A DNA stretch of 64,000 bases from Octopus vulgaris. Its lineage: Eukaryota. The notes beneath the pieces are model-generated. The model saw only the letters and a program-made list of their open reading frames with translations, did not search any database and was not told the DNA's origin. Shown here in pieces: positions 38,195-51,405 of this stretch (the first letter of the stretch is position 1; each line of letters opens with the position of its first letter). The stretch spans positions 11,656,001-11,720,000 of the forward strand of contig OX597829.1 in NCBI GenBank assembly GCA_951406725.2, written 5' to 3'. The position numbers and the translations under genes are program-made.

Positions 38195-38917
38195 CATACA
38201 AACATTTATACATTTATACATATATATATATGCATATGCACACACATTAACATGTATATACATACAAACGTACACTTAAAATTAGATATACATTTATGCA
38301 CACACACATACACACACAAGGCCATGCCCACTAATTTAACTTTCCTGCAACAGTTTCTTGGTTCTGAACATGAAACAGTCACACAACAAGTGGCAGTTAA
38401 GAAGCAGCAGCAACAGCAGCAGAGAGAGAGAGAGAGAGAGCAGAAGAATGGGGGGGGCTTAGAATATGAGGAAAGGGAGACCTTGAAGAAGGCTAAATGA
38501 AAGTGAGTGCTGATGGTATGTTAAGGAACAGGGAAGCTGAAGCTGGAATATTGTAATAGACAGCAGAGAAGAGTTAGGTTAGAGATAAAGGAATGTGTTT
38601 CACACAAGAATGGTTAATGAAGAATTTGTGTTAGTAAGAAGTGATGGGAAGGTCATAGTTGGACTGAAGTTCATGGATTTGGTGGTCAAAGAAGGGAGAT
38701 TTTTCTGAGAATAGTTTTTCAACATAAGCATTCATTAATCTTCAGGAAGATGTATCTATAGTATGTTCTCTATAGGTTTTCTATGCGATCTTCACTTTCT
38801 CTTTTTAATTTAGAGTAAATTTTAACTGGACTCCTATTTGGTAACAAGGTTATAGATAAAAGTATCTGAGGAAGGTCTTGCAGATTTTTATAGCACCAGA
38901 TATTATGATCATACCTA

Positions 38918-39071
38918 TGTACATTATTTATATTATTTACATTTGACAGATATTTGTCCTCATCATGTTTGCTGTTAACACAACGTTTCGGCTGATATAC
39001 GCTCCAGTTTTCATCAGGTGTCTTGGGGAAATTTCAAACATGTGTTCTCATTCCTAAGGTATTTTTCAATA

Positions 39072-39126
<55 letters not shown>

Positions 39127-39278
39127 CATTATTCAGGTCACTGTCTGGAATCGAACTCAGAATTTTGGGCTTAGTAGCCCACGCTCTTCACCAATACACC
39201 ATATGCCTGTGGGCATATCCGTCAAATGTAAATAATGTACATAATGTACATAATTCCTCAAATCTTAAATATAGAACT
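38918..39278 (-). mobile_element. Family A tRNA-headed HHR element
   Basis: Head with B box GAGTTCGATTCC, (AAT)n, HHR 38977-39022 (CTGATGA..GAAACGTT, stem II damaged), inverted 3' tail ~39215-39278. Confidence 0.82.
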
Positions 39279-39286
39279 GTAATACC

Positions 39287-39382
39287 TATGTATGTATGTA
39301 TGTATGCATGTATGCATGCATGTATGTATGTATGTATATTTGTATGTATGTATGTATGTATGTATGTATGTATGTATGTATG

Positions 39383-39416
<34 letters not shown>

Positions 39417-40345
39417 TGTATGTATGTATGTATGTATGTATGTATGTATGTATGCATGCATGTATGTATGTATGTATATTTGTATGTATGTATGTATGTA
39501 TGTATGTATGTATGTATGTATGTATGTATGTATGTATGTATGTATGTATGTATGTATGTATGTATGTATGTATGTATGTATGTATGTATGTATGTATGTA
39601 TGTATGCATGTATACATGTATGTATGTATGTATGTGTATGGGTATATGCATGTATGTATGTATGTATGTATGTATGTATGTATGTATGTATGTATGTATG
39701 TATGCATGTATGTATGTATGTATGTGTATGGGTATATGCATGTATGTATGTATGTATGTATGTACGTATATATATATATGTACTTATAAATGTCATTATT
39801 CAGTTTTGTTTCAAGATTTCTTGCCAAGAGAGAAAGAACTGGTTTCTAACCTCAATACAAGGTTCCTTCATTGAAATTTCAACATCAACAACACAGTATT
39901 TTTGTTTGTATGCACGTATGTATATGTACAGATTTGTATGTTTTGTTTTATGTATGTATTCTCATGTATGTATGCATGTTTTTATGTATACATGTATGCA
40001 TGTATGTATGTATGCATGCATGCATGCATGTGTGTATTTATATATGTATGTTTGAACATATTTATGCATGTATGTATGTATGCATGCATGAATGTGTGTA
40101 TGTATATGTCTATGTACGTATGCATGTATGTTTGCATGTATGCATGTACGTGTGTGTGTATGTATATATGTATGTATATATGTATATATACATGTATGCA
40201 TGCACATGTGCATGTATGTGCATGTGTATGCATGTATGTATGTATGTGCATATTTATGCATGTATGTATATATTATATTCATGTAGGTATGTATATATAC
40301 ATATGTATGCACCTATATATGTATGCATGTATGTATGTATGTGTA
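39287..40345. repeat. Long (TATG)n microsatellite field containing an RLE-LINE 3' end at 39792-39908
   Basis: Directly visible; the insert matches 50846-50960. Confidence 0.95.
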
Positions 40346-40349
40346 TATG

Positions 40350-40905
40350 TCAGGTCATTTGCTTGGTGAGGAGGGTGTTTATAGGACACCCTGCGGGATG
40401 AAAAACAAAACTCGTCAAAGGGCGGAGGAACTCTTGAGAGTCAACAGCCATCCAATAAATGTCTTAAGGCTGAATCATGACATAGAAATAATCAGACTGA
40501 ATACCCAATCGCACGTTTAAACCATTGGGAGTGAAGGACTCCCAGCCTTTGTTAGGGCATCCTTCTAGGAGAAGGTAACTCAGGTAACTGGGATAACTCC
40601 GACATAAAACCTGTGGCTCAGTGGTTACTGATGATGTTGACTTGTTCTTCTTTTCGGATTATGCCTGTTGTTGCTCAATGAGTGGGATTGACTCAGTGCA
40701 CACCCTTTCCTCACTTTAAAAAAAATCTTCTTGCACAGGCATTGCATGATAACAACATTGTTCATGATTGTTGATGGTGCTGTGAGTCTCAACTGAATGG
40801 CTGGCTGTAGTCTTAAAAAGCATATAAAAGTCACATTCGATCACTGCACCAGTAACATTTGAGCTTCATGCAATGGCCATACTCGATAACGAGGGGGCAG
40901 CCATC
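40350..40905 (+). mobile_element. Bipartite non-autonomous RTE derivative (5'UTR-like part plus 3' end)
   Basis: ggcatccttctaggagaaggtaactc resembles RTE 5'UTRs; last ~85 bp match the 3' end of 11327-11600. Confidence 0.6.
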
Positions 40906-41720
40906 ATGTGTATATTATTTATATTGTATAGTTATATATATTATGTATGGATACATGCGTATGTGTATGCATGTGTATGTATGAATGTATGTATCTATCT
41001 GTGCGTGTGTGTGTGGCTGCATAGTGTGGGTAACAAGTTTGTTTCACAACCACATGGTTTTAGGTTCAGTTCCACAGTATGGCCCATTGGTCAAGCACCT
41101 ACAACCCAGGGGTTGTGAATGGTTTTGGTAAACAAAAACTGAAAGAATCCCATTGCATGTGTATATGTGTTTGTGTATATATGTGTGTATGTGTAGTACA
41201 TGTGTGTGTTTATGTGTGTGTATTTGCATATGTGTGTGTGTATGAGTGTTTGTGTGTGTTTGCATGTATGTGTGCATGTGTGTTTGTGCATGTTTGCATG
41301 TGTGTGTGCGTGTGTCTTTGGGAATATGTGTGCATTTGTATCTTCTTGTCTTGGAATTGGTTTGTAAATAAAATTTTCTTCTCTTCTTTCTTCTTCTTCA
41401 TCATCATCACCACCACCATCATCATGTTCCACTCAAAGATGGCAATTTGACATTTACATACAAATGGAAGACACATGTGAACTTTGTATGGCATTAAAGA
41501 AACAAAAACAAGACTGTAGCCAACTGATTACATCTTTGCTTGTGTTTTATTTTTTTTTTAAATCAGGTACTTAACTATTAAATAAATGAACTACTGATGT
41601 TAATCACTTAGAGGCACCGTACTTAACTACTTTTTCTTGTTGTTGTTGTTGCTTTTGGAATATGCTTATTTTCAATGCTTAGTTGCATATGTATTATACG
41701 TACACACACACAAACACACA

Positions 41721-44455
41721 CATCATCATCATCATCATCATCATCATCATTGTTTAAACGTCCGTTCTCCATGCTAGCATAGGTTGGACGGTTCAACTGG
41801 GTTCTGGGAAGCCAGAAGGCTGCACCAGGCCCAGTCTGATCTGGCAATGTTTCTACGGCTGGATGTCCTTCCTAACGCAAACCACTCCGTGAGTGTAGTG
41901 GGTGCTTTTTACGTGCCACCGGCACGAGGCCAGTCGGGGCGGCGCTGGCATCGGCCATGTTTGGATGGTTCTCTTACCGTCACTGGTATCACAGCTACAA
42001 TTTCCATTGATGTTAATCAATTTCGATTTTGATTTTCACTTGCCTCAACAGGTCTTCACAAGTAGAGTTTTGTGTCCCAAGAATGGAAGGTATGCATAAG
42101 TGGACTGGCTGCATCCCATGTAGAGGCTACGGGTTATGGTCTCACTTGTCCTGCTGGGTCTTCTCACGTACAGCATACTTCCAAAGGTCTCGGTCTCTAG
42201 TCATTTCCTCGGTGAGACATAAAGTTCGAAGGTCATGCTTCACCACCTCGTCCCAGATTTTCCTGGGTCTGCCTCTTCCACAGGTTCCCTCAACCGCTAG
42301 GGTGTGGCACTTTTTCACACAACTATCTTCATCCATTCTTGCCACATGACCATACCGGCGCAAATGTCTCTCTTGCACACCACAACTGATGCTTCTTAGG
42401 TCCAGCTTTTCTCTCAAGGTACTCACACTCTGTCGAGTATGAACACTGACATTACATATCCATCGGAGCATACTGGCTTCATTTCTTGCGGGCTTATGAC
42501 ACACACGTCATACAGTCTGCCTTTTACTCTGAGCAAGAGGCCTTTTCTCACCAGCAGAGGTAAGAGCTCTCTGAACTTTGCCCAAGCTATTCTTACTCTA
42601 GCAGTTACACTTTCAGCACACCCACCCCCGCTACTGACTTGGTTACCTAGGTAACGGAAGCTATCAACTATTTCTAATTTTTCTCCCTGGAATGTGGCAG
42701 AAGTTTGTCTCAGAGCATTTTCAGTGTTTATTGCTCCTGAGCATCTGCCACATACAAAAACTATCTTCCTAGTTAGCCTTCCTTTGACATTGCTGCACCT
42801 CTTATGTGTCCATAGCTTACACTTGGTACATCTTATAGAGTTTCTACCTACACCTTTTCTACAGATCGAGTAGGGCCATCTACCTGTAGGCGTTTGTGAT
42901 TTGTCTACCTTCCTACTTATTAGCACTTTGGTTTTAGCTAGATTGACTCTAAGGCCCTTCGATTCTAATCCTTGCTTCCACACCTGAAACTTCTCCTCCA
43001 GTTCTGATAGTGACTGAGCAATTAGAGCAAGGTCATCAGCATAGAGGAGCTCCCAGAGGCATCGTGTCTTGAATTCCTCTGTTATTGTCTGGAGGACTGA
43101 GGGGGCTGAGGACTGAGCCTTGGTGGACTCCTACCTCTACCCGGAATTCTTCACTGTACTCGTTGCCAACCCTCACCTTACTAGCGGCGTCCCTGTACAT
43201 GGCTCACACAGCTCTCACTAACCATTCATCAATCCCTAGTTTCCTCATTGACCACCAGATAAGGGATTGGGGGACCCTGTCGAAGGCTTTCTCCATGTCA
43301 ACAAAAGCCAGGTACAGGGGCTTATCTTTGGCTAGGTATTTCTCCTGCAGCTGCCTTACCAGGAATATAGCATCAGTGGTACTTTTCCCTGGAACGACCC
43401 CAAACTGCATCTCATCTAAACTAACTCTCTCTCTAATTAGTTGGGCTATGACCCTCTCCGTAACCTTCATTACCTGATCCAACAGCTTGATACCTCTGTA
43501 ATTATTTGTATCTAAAGCGTCACCTTTACCTTTGTAGCAGTTGACTATTATGCTGCTACACCAGTCATTGGGTATGACTCCTTCGTGTATCACCTGATTA
43601 ACTATACGGGTGACTAGGCTATAGCCAACACTACCAGATATTTTGAGCATCTCTGCAGTGATTCCTGATGGGCCTGGGGCTTTGCCTGTCTTCATGCTTC
43701 TAATTGCCTTAACTGTGAATTCGGATAGCTGGTCCCTCTGTTGGGTCGACATTCAGCAGACTCTCTTTATCCCATTCATTTTCTTTATTCAGCAACCTTT
43801 CATAGTGGCGTCTCCAAACCTCTCTCTTTGCAGCCTCATTTAGCACAAGTGAACCATCATCCATGCGAACACATTTCTCTCCTATCACATCACGATTCTG
43901 TCACACACTGTCTTGCAACACGAAACACCTCAAGTCTTTGGTCCTCGCGGTGCAGAACATTGGCAAATTTTTTCCTATCTGCTTCCCCTCTGGCTAAATA
44001 GACCTGTCTCCTAGCTCCCCTTTTGGCAGTCTGATACAATTCCCTGCTATCACCATTCTTCCAGTCCTTCTAAGCCTGCCTCTTTTCTCTAATAGCCCTG
44101 TCTACAACATTGTTCCACCACCACGTTATTTTGGGTCGAGAGGGGACTTTGCACCAGCCACAGATCTGGTCAGTGGCTTTCAGCAGGTTGTCCCTTAGAA
44201 ACGTCCAGTTGTCTTCTACCCCATGTGAAGCTCTATCTCCTTCTTCTTCGTCAAAGGCTTCAAGTAATATGTCCCTAAATCTCTGTCCATTCGCAGGATC
44301 TTTAAGCTTCCAGATCCTTCTTCTCCATGTTAGTCGTCTTCAGGTCATCCTCTTAGTCCTGATCCTAAAGTCACTAACTACCAGTCTATGTTGCGGGGTA
44401 CATTCTTCGCCTGGGAAGGTTTTGGCATTTATAAGCAGCCATCTTTCCCTTTTCC
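41721..44455 (-). mobile_element. RTE-clade LINE, 5'-truncated and frameshifted (end of APE, RT, 3'UTR)
   Basis: [66 protein letters not shown]; (gat)n tail. Confidence 0.93.
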
Positions 44456-44489
44456 TATATATATATATATATGTATGTATGTATATATG

Positions 44490-44588
<99 letters not shown>

Positions 44589-44672
44589 AATATATAATGT
44601 TATATTTCGGAATGGTCATATTGCCAGTGTAGCAAACAAATATATAAATATATATATATGTATATGTATATG

Positions 44673-44722
<50 letters not shown>

Positions 44723-44808
44723 TATATATATATATGTGTGTGTGTGTGTGCGTGTATATATATATATACATACATACATACACATATACACGTATGTATG
44801 TATCTATG

Positions 44809-44842
<34 letters not shown>

Positions 44843-45649
44843 TGTATGTATGAATGTATGTATGTGTATTCTTCTGATTTTCAGTAAAAAGAAAATGTAG
44901 TCCTGATATAATTTTGCTTACTGATGACGAATGCCGCATTCATTCTTTCTAGAACCTAATAATAAAAAAAGTTGCAAGCCTTTACAGTTTTGTAATTCCT
45001 ATCTGTAACTTTAAATGCTTGTAACTTCTTTATTATTAATTTCTAGAAAGAATAAGAAAATTTGAATAAAATTTTTAAAATTTCAATTGGTTGAAATAGG
45101 ACACAGATCATTCACAATTATTTTTAACCAACTTTACGGTATAAGCAAAATTAGCTGATAACAATTCGTGCTTCACGCTAAAATTCCTTTTAGTCTCCAT
45201 AGAAATATATTTTATATATCTAGTTTTAGTTGGTGCAGGCATACATAGTGTAGTGAATGTTAAATACCAGATTGGAAGCAATTGTGTTGTAAGGAAGCGA
45301 TTTTAATCATTTAAGCAAGCAAGGGAAGTAATTCTGGCAGTGTTTAGGTCTTATCAGACTTCCTCAGGGCCAAAATAGAGATGTGAGATTGAGAATCAAT
45401 AAGTAAATGCATAATATTGTACATAAAATAGTTAAATTGGTGATATATTTATGTCTCTCTGATTAATTAACTTTAGTAATTTGTTATTTCACGCTCTGAT
45501 CGCTTATTCTCTTTTCTGAATTGATGCATTCATCTACTATATAACTTAAATATTGTTTGTCATATTGCATCTGCAAAAGTACTTAGGAGTTACCTCCCTT
45601 TACCCTTTATATTTAATTTTATATATGTGGATGGATGGATAAGTTTCAG

Positions 45650-46050
45650 TCGGACTCGAAAGACCATGGCTCTGCTCCTGCAGAATTGTGTATCAGCTGC
45701 AGATGGCGGTGAAACGTTTGCTGTGGCTGTACGGGCCTGCACATGAATGGCAGTCTTGGATACAAAACTACATTTGAAGATGCTACTGAGTCGGTGCTAC
45801 TGAGTTTTCCTTTCTTCGAGAGCACTTTTCTTCGGTGGCAAATTTTAGTTTCGGTTTCTCTTCCTCTCATCTCCAGCATTGGCGATGCTTTAATCTGCAG
45901 AGTGAAAAAACAAATAATGAATTTCGACTCTTATTGGGGCCCCATCAAAGGTGTTTACAGCATTTTATCAATCCCAGAACAATAAGAAGCCAATCTGTTT
46001 ATATAGACATCAAATCCAGTGACTTCAAAGACTTGGGACAATTAATTTGC
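45650..46050 (-). mobile_element. Old RTE-BovB-like 3' remnant
   Basis: Minus strand FCIQDCHSCAGPYSHSKR resembles the RTE C-terminal C..C.SRIGL.SH motif. Confidence 0.5.
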
Positions 46051-46062
46051 ATGCAATAAGTA

Positions 46063-46289
46063 TTAACCCTTTAACATCTAAACTGGTCATATCTGGTCCA
46101 AATATCCTACCTGTTTTATGTTCAATCTGGCCAGATCTGGCCTTTTACATATACCCTAAAATGCTATTCTAAACTAAACAATCACATCATTGAAATCTCA
46201 AAGCCACGAGATAATGTATAATTAATTGAAAACAATGTGAATGAATAAGCATTACATTTGACAGAGAAATATGAGTGCTAAACAGTTAA
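46063..46289. mobile_element. TTAA-flanked MITE
   Basis: ttaa|ccctttaaca ... tgctaaacag|ttaa; homologous to 35067-35652 and 36312-36520. Confidence 0.75.
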
Positions 46290-47898
46290 ACACTATTCAA
46301 CAGCAGTGACCTGTCGTTGGAGATCTCAGTCTCAAAGTATGTTATAATATGTAAACATTCATAGTAGACATATAAACATGGCAAACTTCACTATTTCTCC
46401 ATAGTTTGAAAACATTCTGAGCAGCCTTAATTGGAAAGAGCTAAGAAATTAGCAACGAATTTCAGAGATATTAGCAACACATTTAAGGTAAAATAGCTAT
46501 AATTTGCTGGCAATTTCTGTTACGAAGAACTTTACCATCAACTCTACAGTACATAGACTTCTACTGTTAGACTTGACAAAAAATATATATATATAAATAA
46601 AATGTTATTTAACAATTTGTTCAGTGTTGTGGGGTATTTGGGAATACTAACTATTAACTTTTTGAATCAAATTGAATTGACACCTCAAATATTGATGAGA
46701 TAATTAAGGAGTTTCTACATAACTACTCGGCCTCTTTGGTACCAAAATAAATTTTCTACTGTCTTTGAGGTATGAATCTAATATTTTCAGTTCAAACTAT
46801 CCCGAAGTTGTACCATCATTGAGGGAGCGAACAGAAGGCCAAACTGGTTGGTGATGCCAGACAACAGAAAACTGAGTTGCTAAAATGAAGTTGAGAATTT
46901 TCTGTCCAGAAAAGGATGGAAAATCGACGGCGTGTAAACTTTGACTACTGTTAAGACTGTTCCCAGAGCATAACTCCAGGAATAGTCAGAGGAAGCAAAG
47001 GAAATCACCTCGAATTCGATACCAGCAGCAGCAGTGCGGAGAACCACTATGGTTGAGAAATCAGGTCTTCTTCTCAAAGCAGGACTGGCCAATAGCTACG
47101 AACAATAATACTAATCATCGTCTGCTGAGATTGGAATGAACCGAGACAGAAGCAGGGGCCTATTAAAAGAAACAGCACAATCTAGAGATCCTACTTACAC
47201 AGCAGACTACAAGCATAAACACACATTTAACTATTTAGGCGTTTTCCCTCTACCACAGATTATTTTTCAGACTCAAGAAATCAATTTGATAGAATCACCA
47301 GAATGGATCCTTGTCAAGAGGAAGAGAAAAAAATAAAATAGGAAATAAAAAACGAACAGTTTAGGTGAAGAGAGGAGACTTACAAACCGACAAACAATCA
47401 CACGCTCACTTCACCAAAACCAATACAGCCCAATGCACACCAACAAGAATAACATCTCCAAACCGATCAAACAAAAAGCGACATCAGACGGCCTTAGACA
47501 CAAACAATAAAGATTTAAAACATAGACATCGGCACACAAACATTACTCACAGCCACAACATCTCACTACCATATAACATCTAATACCATATACCATCTAA
47601 TTTTAACTCACGTTAAAATTAGAAAGAAACATAACAGACTGAAAGCAAAATATAGTAAACTAATGGGAGATATCCGAGGAAATATTACTAAAAGTCTTTA
47701 TAAAGAACTTCTTGTAGAAACACACATACACACACACACACACAAATTGCCGAAAAAATAGAGCATCTGTCCTTCCACAGAAGTAGTGAAAGCGGTCTTT
47801 CTCGCATTTCTTCCTCGTGATGAACATAGTCATATCAAAATAAGCAACGCATGTGGAACGGGATTGCCTTGTAACAAAAGTGATTTACTCTGTCGTTG

Positions 47899-48540
47899 TG
47901 TGAGATGTTTTCATTTTGCCTCATTTAGGTTTAAATACCCCAATATCGGCTCCACAAGGCCTTTTCGTTCCAGTGGTCACATGACCTCGTAATTAAATGA
48001 ACCTATTGTTTGTATTGGTCGGCTTCCAGCTGTCCAATCGCGTTGGTGCAACAGTTTATTTTTCCTTACGCGGGAAATTAATCACCAGTTTCTGGGAGTT
48101 CACTACTCCCTATAAATACAGCAGTTCTCGGATGTTCTAGGTCTTTGCCACCTGCCACTGACCACACGCGCAACACGTCTCCAGCAACGATGTATCTGAC
48201 ACCAGCCAGCATTCGTTTTCATCTTCACCAGATTCCTGTCTACATCATTGCTGTATGAAGACCGCAGACCAACGGCTGTCTCTACACACAACCAACAGTA
48301 CGTCAACTATGTCTTCAACATAAACAGTCCAGCCAAACCACGAAGTTCTCTCACACATCTTTGTTGTAACCTGTTATGTTAATTCATGTATGGCAATCAT
48401 TGTATTTTATAACGAAGAATAAAACGTCGCTTGCCAGTTCATTTCATCTCAAGATATATATTCCATCTTCACATTTTTCTCACACCCATCTTCGTTATAG
48501 TCTTGATAAGCAGGACCACCACCGGCTCAATGATCTCACA
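47899..48540 (+). mobile_element. Putative LTR
   Basis: Termini tgtgagat...atctcaca, CCAAT-type boxes, tataaata at 48111, aataaa at ~48418; no TSD seen. Confidence 0.45.
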
Positions 48541-48791
48541 TAACTAAATAGAGATGTGGTGACTATCTGCGAGACGAGAATTTCCCAGACAAGGACCATT
48601 GCGCCTATCTTTGGCTGCTACTAGTTCTACGCTTCGCCAATTCTTCCGGGAATGGGCAGTGGGATTGTATATGTAAATGTGTGTGTGTGTGTGTGTGCGT
48701 GTGCGCGCGCGCGTGTATGTACATACTTGAGTATCTATACAGATATATATTTATATATATACATACACATACATACACGCATGCATACATG

Positions 48792-48841
<50 letters not shown>

Positions 48842-48974
48842 AAGTCTGGGGGTTTAGTTCACAGGTAATCTAAACGATTAGGTACGCTAGGTAAGTGCTG
48901 TAACGGATTACTAGGGCTCCAAGGTTATAGCCGAGTTGGTAGTTATGGTGCCATTGTAGATTTCCCATATAACA

Positions 48975-49186
48975 AATATATAATTGTTAAAGAGGACAAC
49001 AGGCGTTAAAGCAAGGCAAAAATCTCGTATACATTATTGTTATTGAAAAAATTTCAAAGTCTTACAGCTGGGATACCCCGGAAACAGCTGTAAGACTTAG
49101 AATTTTTTCCAATAGTAATAATGTATATGACTTGAGATGTCTTTTTTTGCCTTAACGTTTGTTGTCCTCTTTAATAATTACATATT
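48975..49186. repeat. Fold-back element centred on a half hammerhead
   Basis: Arms 48975-49070 and 49085-49186; centre reads GAAAC-agct-GTA-agac. Confidence 0.8.
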
Positions 49187-50130
49187 AGGTCGTCAAGTAT
49201 GAAATTTGTAGAAAAGAAAAAAGTTTGCTAATGTTTTATAAGGAATAGTTTTATTCATCAAAGTATGCAACCATACTGTCAATACACTTTTGCCATTTCA
49301 GCGGTAGCTTGCCTAGCCCGGAACTGTAAAAACTTGGCAAGCTTGGAAGGCCTGTTTTACAGCATAGTTGGAATTAAATTTTTCCCAATCAAAAAGTTAT
49401 CCAAATTCTGGAAGAAGTGGTAGTCAGTGGGGGTAAGATCAGGTGAGTATGGTGGATGACGGAGAACTTCCAACTCCAACTCCTGTAGTTTTGCCAATGT
49501 CATTTTTGCGACGTGTGGTCTGGCATTGTCTTGCAATATAATAGGAGTGGATCTGTTTGACTAATTTAGGCTGTGTTTTTGTAAGTTTCTGCATCATTTG
49601 GTCCAGTTGGCTGTGATTGATGAGCCGGGTTAAATGAAATCATAATGGCTCACACCTGCGCCAGACCACCAAACACACACCATCAGCTTCTTTTGATGAA
49701 TTTTGCTTTTTGGACTGTGTTTTGGTGGCTCGCCTTTGTCCAGCCGTTGCGCTGAACGTTGTTGTATTAAAAAATGATTCATTTTCGACGAGAAAGTAGC
49801 ATATTGCAGGTTTCCAAATATTACTGTTTCTGATTTTCATTGAGTTTATGCTAACACCAAACAACAACGATAATTCACGGGAACTTTGAGATGGATCTGA
49901 CTCGATGTGGCTTTCAGTTCGTCATTATCTGCTTTTGTTTCTGGTCGACCGCATTGCTCATTTGTGACGTCAAAGTTACCAGAACGAAATTTTGCAAACT
50001 AATTTGATACTCTCTGCTGTGTAATAACATTAGAATGAAATACTCCATTAATATTCCGAGGTGTCTGTGTTACTGTATTTCCAAGAAAGAACTCATATTT
50101 CAAAAGAGTACGAATTTCCGACTTATCCAT
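49187..50130 (-). mobile_element. Degenerate mariner transposase
   Basis: Minus strand LMVCVWW, LQDNARPHVA, HPPYSPDLTPTDYHFF. Confidence 0.85.
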
Positions 50131-50329
50131 ATTTGCGTGAGAGTGTACTTATAATGTATGGTGATGACAAGCATTGTTTTCCTATTTGTTCTCCTATATC
50201 TCACATGTCTTCAAAGAAGACTTGACACAATCCTTAAATCATAGTCTTGGTTTCTGCTGGGTGTGGTTTCCACAAACAAGTTCTCCCTCCTTGTATCGTT
50301 TGCTGAGGAATGCACCGATCATTCATCCG

Positions 50330-50800
50330 AACAAACTATCCACTCCAACGTAAACGGTACTCATACACAATTGCTTCAATATTCGGGATGTTAGCTTCCC
50401 TCGAGATTTCTGCGTCTCGAATTCGCATACACCAGCCAACATCCAGAATGTCTCAGTCTCTGTTGCTCATACAGTTAAAGATATGCAAAATCTCACGGAC
50501 CATATTTCTGCATCTTGCAAGGTATTTTGACACAGTATTAGCCTGGACAAAACTGTTGTAATGTCCCAGCCTACACCAAGAATCTCATATGTGAAACCAT
50601 TTATCTCAGTTGAACGAACAGTACTGAAAATGGTAGACAAGTTTGTCAACCTGAGCAGCACGCACAACCGTTCTTACTCTCCGAATGATGAAATATATTT
50701 AAGGCTTCAGAAGGCAACTGATTCCTTCAAGGCTCTTGAGTCTCGTATCTGGCCCCAATATAGCATCACAAGGTGAAACAAAAGTTGCTGTGTACCGTGT
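50330..50800 (+). mobile_element. RTE-BovB-like RT remnant
   Basis: KTVVMSQP...VDKFVNLSS...DEIYLRLQKATDSFKALESRIW. Confidence 0.7.
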
Positions 50801-50845
50801 GTAAGTGCGTGAAATATGTATTTATATGTGTATGTACTTATGTAT

Positions 50846-51300
50846 GTCATTATTCAGTTTTATTTCAATATTTCTTGCCAATAGAGAAAGGGCTGGTTTT
50901 TAAGCAAGATCCAAGGTTTCTTCATTGGAATTTCAACATCAACAAGAGTGTATTTTTGTTTTTATGTATGTATGTATGTATGCATTTTTACAGTTCCAGT
51001 GTGGATTGGATCTGTAGTCTTCTAATTAGCTTTCTCTTTCCTTGTTTTAAGAAACCTAATTTCTCAAGATTGGTATTTACGCAGTGTTACATATCTCAGG
51101 ACCCCAATAATTACAGGTATAAACCTGCACTTGTAATCTGGATAGAGTAACTGCAGATTTCTCAATAGTTCAGCGTAGGTGTTCTCTTCTTCATTGATCT
51201 TCAGCTTTGTTAACATCCACTGGGCAGCTAATTTCCACAACTGTACACAGTTTCTCTTCTCTATTTCAAATCATTATATCAAGTCTATTGTGCTTACATT
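50846..51300 (-). mobile_element. RLE-type LINE 3' fragment in a (TATG)n context
   Basis: Minus strand KINEEENTYAELLRNLQLLYPDYKCRFIPVIIG, RRLQIQS; same family at 61590-61752 and 39792-39908. Confidence 0.7.
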
Positions 51301-51351
51301 TAATATCAATTCAAATCAGTTCAAGTTATGTATGCATGCTTGTATGTATGC

Positions 51352-51405
<54 letters not shown>

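Noticed and set aside
39018-40401. Long ORFs (up to 345 aa) of MYVC/HTYI repeats, and similar ORFs at 15505, 16564, 37939, 44455, 61138
   Set aside because: Translations of (TATG)n/(TA)n/(CA)n microsatellites that lack stops by composition
46860-47720. Possible LINE ORF1/APE start remnant
   Set aside because: A-rich coding-like composition but no motif I can identify with confidence
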